Shown: positions 44,953 through 45,985 of the stretch, one piece after another | Position numbering within the stretch: the first letter of the stretch is position 1 | Layout: every line of letters starts with the position of its first letter | Virus record (IMG/VR): IMGVR_UViG_3300017747_003894 | Span: 1 to 45,985 of that record | DNA length: 45,985 bases | Origin: a virus | Taxonomy: Duplodnaviria > Caudoviricetes | Strand: one strand, 5' to 3' | Notes under the pieces: model-generated | The model's input: only the letters and a program-made list of their open reading frames with translations | What the model was told of the DNA's origin: nothing | Databases searched by the model: none | Translations under genes and position numbers: made by a program

Positions 44953-45159
44953 TCATAGCGCGTCGGCCTCTTCGACCGTCAATTTCTCAGGCAGCCCGCA
45001 ATAGACAACCTCGATCCGCTCAATTGCCTGCCATGACGGGCCGCGCTCAACAATTTCGTGAAGGTCTTCGATCTCCATGAAGTTGTGCTCCACGTCGAGC
45101 ACTCCGTTCTTCTCTGTGCGGAAATAGATCGTTGCTTTCCAGCGATATGGCTCACTCAT
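44953..45159 (-). CDS. Hypothetical protein
   Basis: 68 aa with AAGGA RBS; EIEDLHEIVERGP.W..IERIEV. Confidence 0.6.
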   Translation of the reverse strand: MSEPYRWKATIYFRTEKNGVLDVEHNFMEIEDLHEIVERGPSWQAIERIEVVYCGLPEKLTVEEADAL

Positions 45160-45196
45160 CCTTCACCTTCCTTGTCAGCCTCTGCGCGGCGGTCAG

Positions 45197-45385
45197 TCAT
45201 TTCTTGGCTCTCATTTCTGCGCGCAGGCGCACCGCCGCCCGGTACAAGCTGCTGTCGTCTGAATATTCATCGTCGTTCTCATGCAGCCAGTCCGCGACGG
45301 CAGTGATGGCCGCGTCAGCCCCGTTGCCCTCGCTCACAATTGACGCAAGGATTGCCTGCGCGACTTTCTGTCTTAGGTCAGTCAT
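45197..45385 (-). CDS. Hypothetical protein
   Basis: MTDLRQKVAQAI...ADAAITAVADWL; ATGA-coupled. Confidence 0.55.
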   Translation of the reverse strand: MTDLRQKVAQAILASIVSEGNGADAAITAVADWLHENDDEYSDDSSLYRAAVRLRAEMRAKK

Positions 45386-45570
45386 ACGTGATTTTCCTCG
45401 CAGAAGTGGTTCCAGCAACTCTCACAGATAATCTTGCCCGTTGTTTCGAACGCCTCGACCACGTGCGAATACTGGTCAAACCAGTCTTCGCAATGCTGGC
45501 ACAGCGTTTCATTGTATGGGCGGGCAAGCAGGTCAAAAGCATCAAGCTTGTCGGTGTCTGGCTCGCTCAC
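45382..45570 (-). CDS. Small Zn-finger-like protein
   Basis: CQHC...CESC; GTGA-coupled. Confidence 0.5.
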   Translation of the reverse strand: MSEPDTDKLDAFDLLARPYNETLCQHCEDWFDQYSHVVEAFETTGKIICESCWNHFCEENHV

Positions 45571-45827
45571 TTCCCTTCCTCCCCTGCCGCAGCGCGAATG
45601 GCGGCTGCGATGGCGCGCTTCATGTCAATCATGTCGTCAGGGTCCTTGACGTAGTACGGCTCGTAAATTTTCACACCGGCAATCGCCATTTCATCTGTAA
45701 CATTGGACGCGAGCCAGTGAAGCACGGCTTTCATTGCGCCGGTCTGGTCAAACCCGCTCAAGTCTGAACAAGGTTCCAACTTTCGCGTGTACTCACAAGC
45801 CATCCCTAAGAGTGTTTGGTTCGTCAT
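45567..45827 (-). CDS. Hypothetical protein
   Basis: 86 aa; VTDEMAIAG and MKRAIAAAIRA motifs; GGAGG RBS. Confidence 0.55.
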   Translation of the reverse strand: MTNQTLLGMACEYTRKLEPCSDLSGFDQTGAMKAVLHWLASNVTDEMAIAGVKIYEPYYVKDPDDMIDMKRAIAAAIRAAAGEEGK

Positions 45828-45985
45828 TTCGTGCCCTCCAGTTTGTTGTCGTATGCGTCGAGCATACCCTTCACGATGTCGGTCATTGCTTGTCCTCTAG
45901 GGCCACGATGGCGATTAATGCGCAATGCCGTCCGTCACGCTCGCCCTCGGCAATTTGCTTCAGGGCTGCTCTCAACTTCTCCACG

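Overview
The window looks like a complete or near-complete, probably circularly permuted, ~46 kb temperate phage genome with a podovirus-type virion module. GapR-like, GcrA-like and DnaA-domain-IV-like genes point to an alphaproteobacterial host. Order: a leftward early/recombination operon (1-4.7 kb; Sak4-like ATPase, RecE-like exonuclease, DnaA-C/AlpA fusion); a CI/Cro switch (4.7-5.7 kb); a rightward replication operon (5.7-9.2 kb); a leftward array of small genes sharing an upstream motif (9.3-11 kb); a non-coding candidate packaging/terminus region (~11.4-12.2 kb); terminase, portal, capsid, tail and ejection genes (12.3-41.3 kb); lysis genes (41.4-43.6 kb); a candidate attP, a tyrosine integrase and more leftward early genes that appear to continue across the window ends. 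The most striking unexplained signal is a short N-terminal peptide, M-x(1-6)-GLGF[SA], on six otherwise unrelated virion-region proteins, with variants on four more. Its codons vary synonymously, which suggests a protein-level capsid-targeting or ejection tag. Three of these proteins also share an acidic C-terminal motif. Other signals: a genome-wide 19-bp operator (GTGGGA-N7-TCCCAC) overlapping sigma70-like promoters, including the integrase promoter; a duplicated TAATCCAAGGG element at identical spacing from two late start codons; and an S74 chaperone domain split by an insertion on a putative ejection protein. All family assignments come from motif recognition by eye, not database searches.
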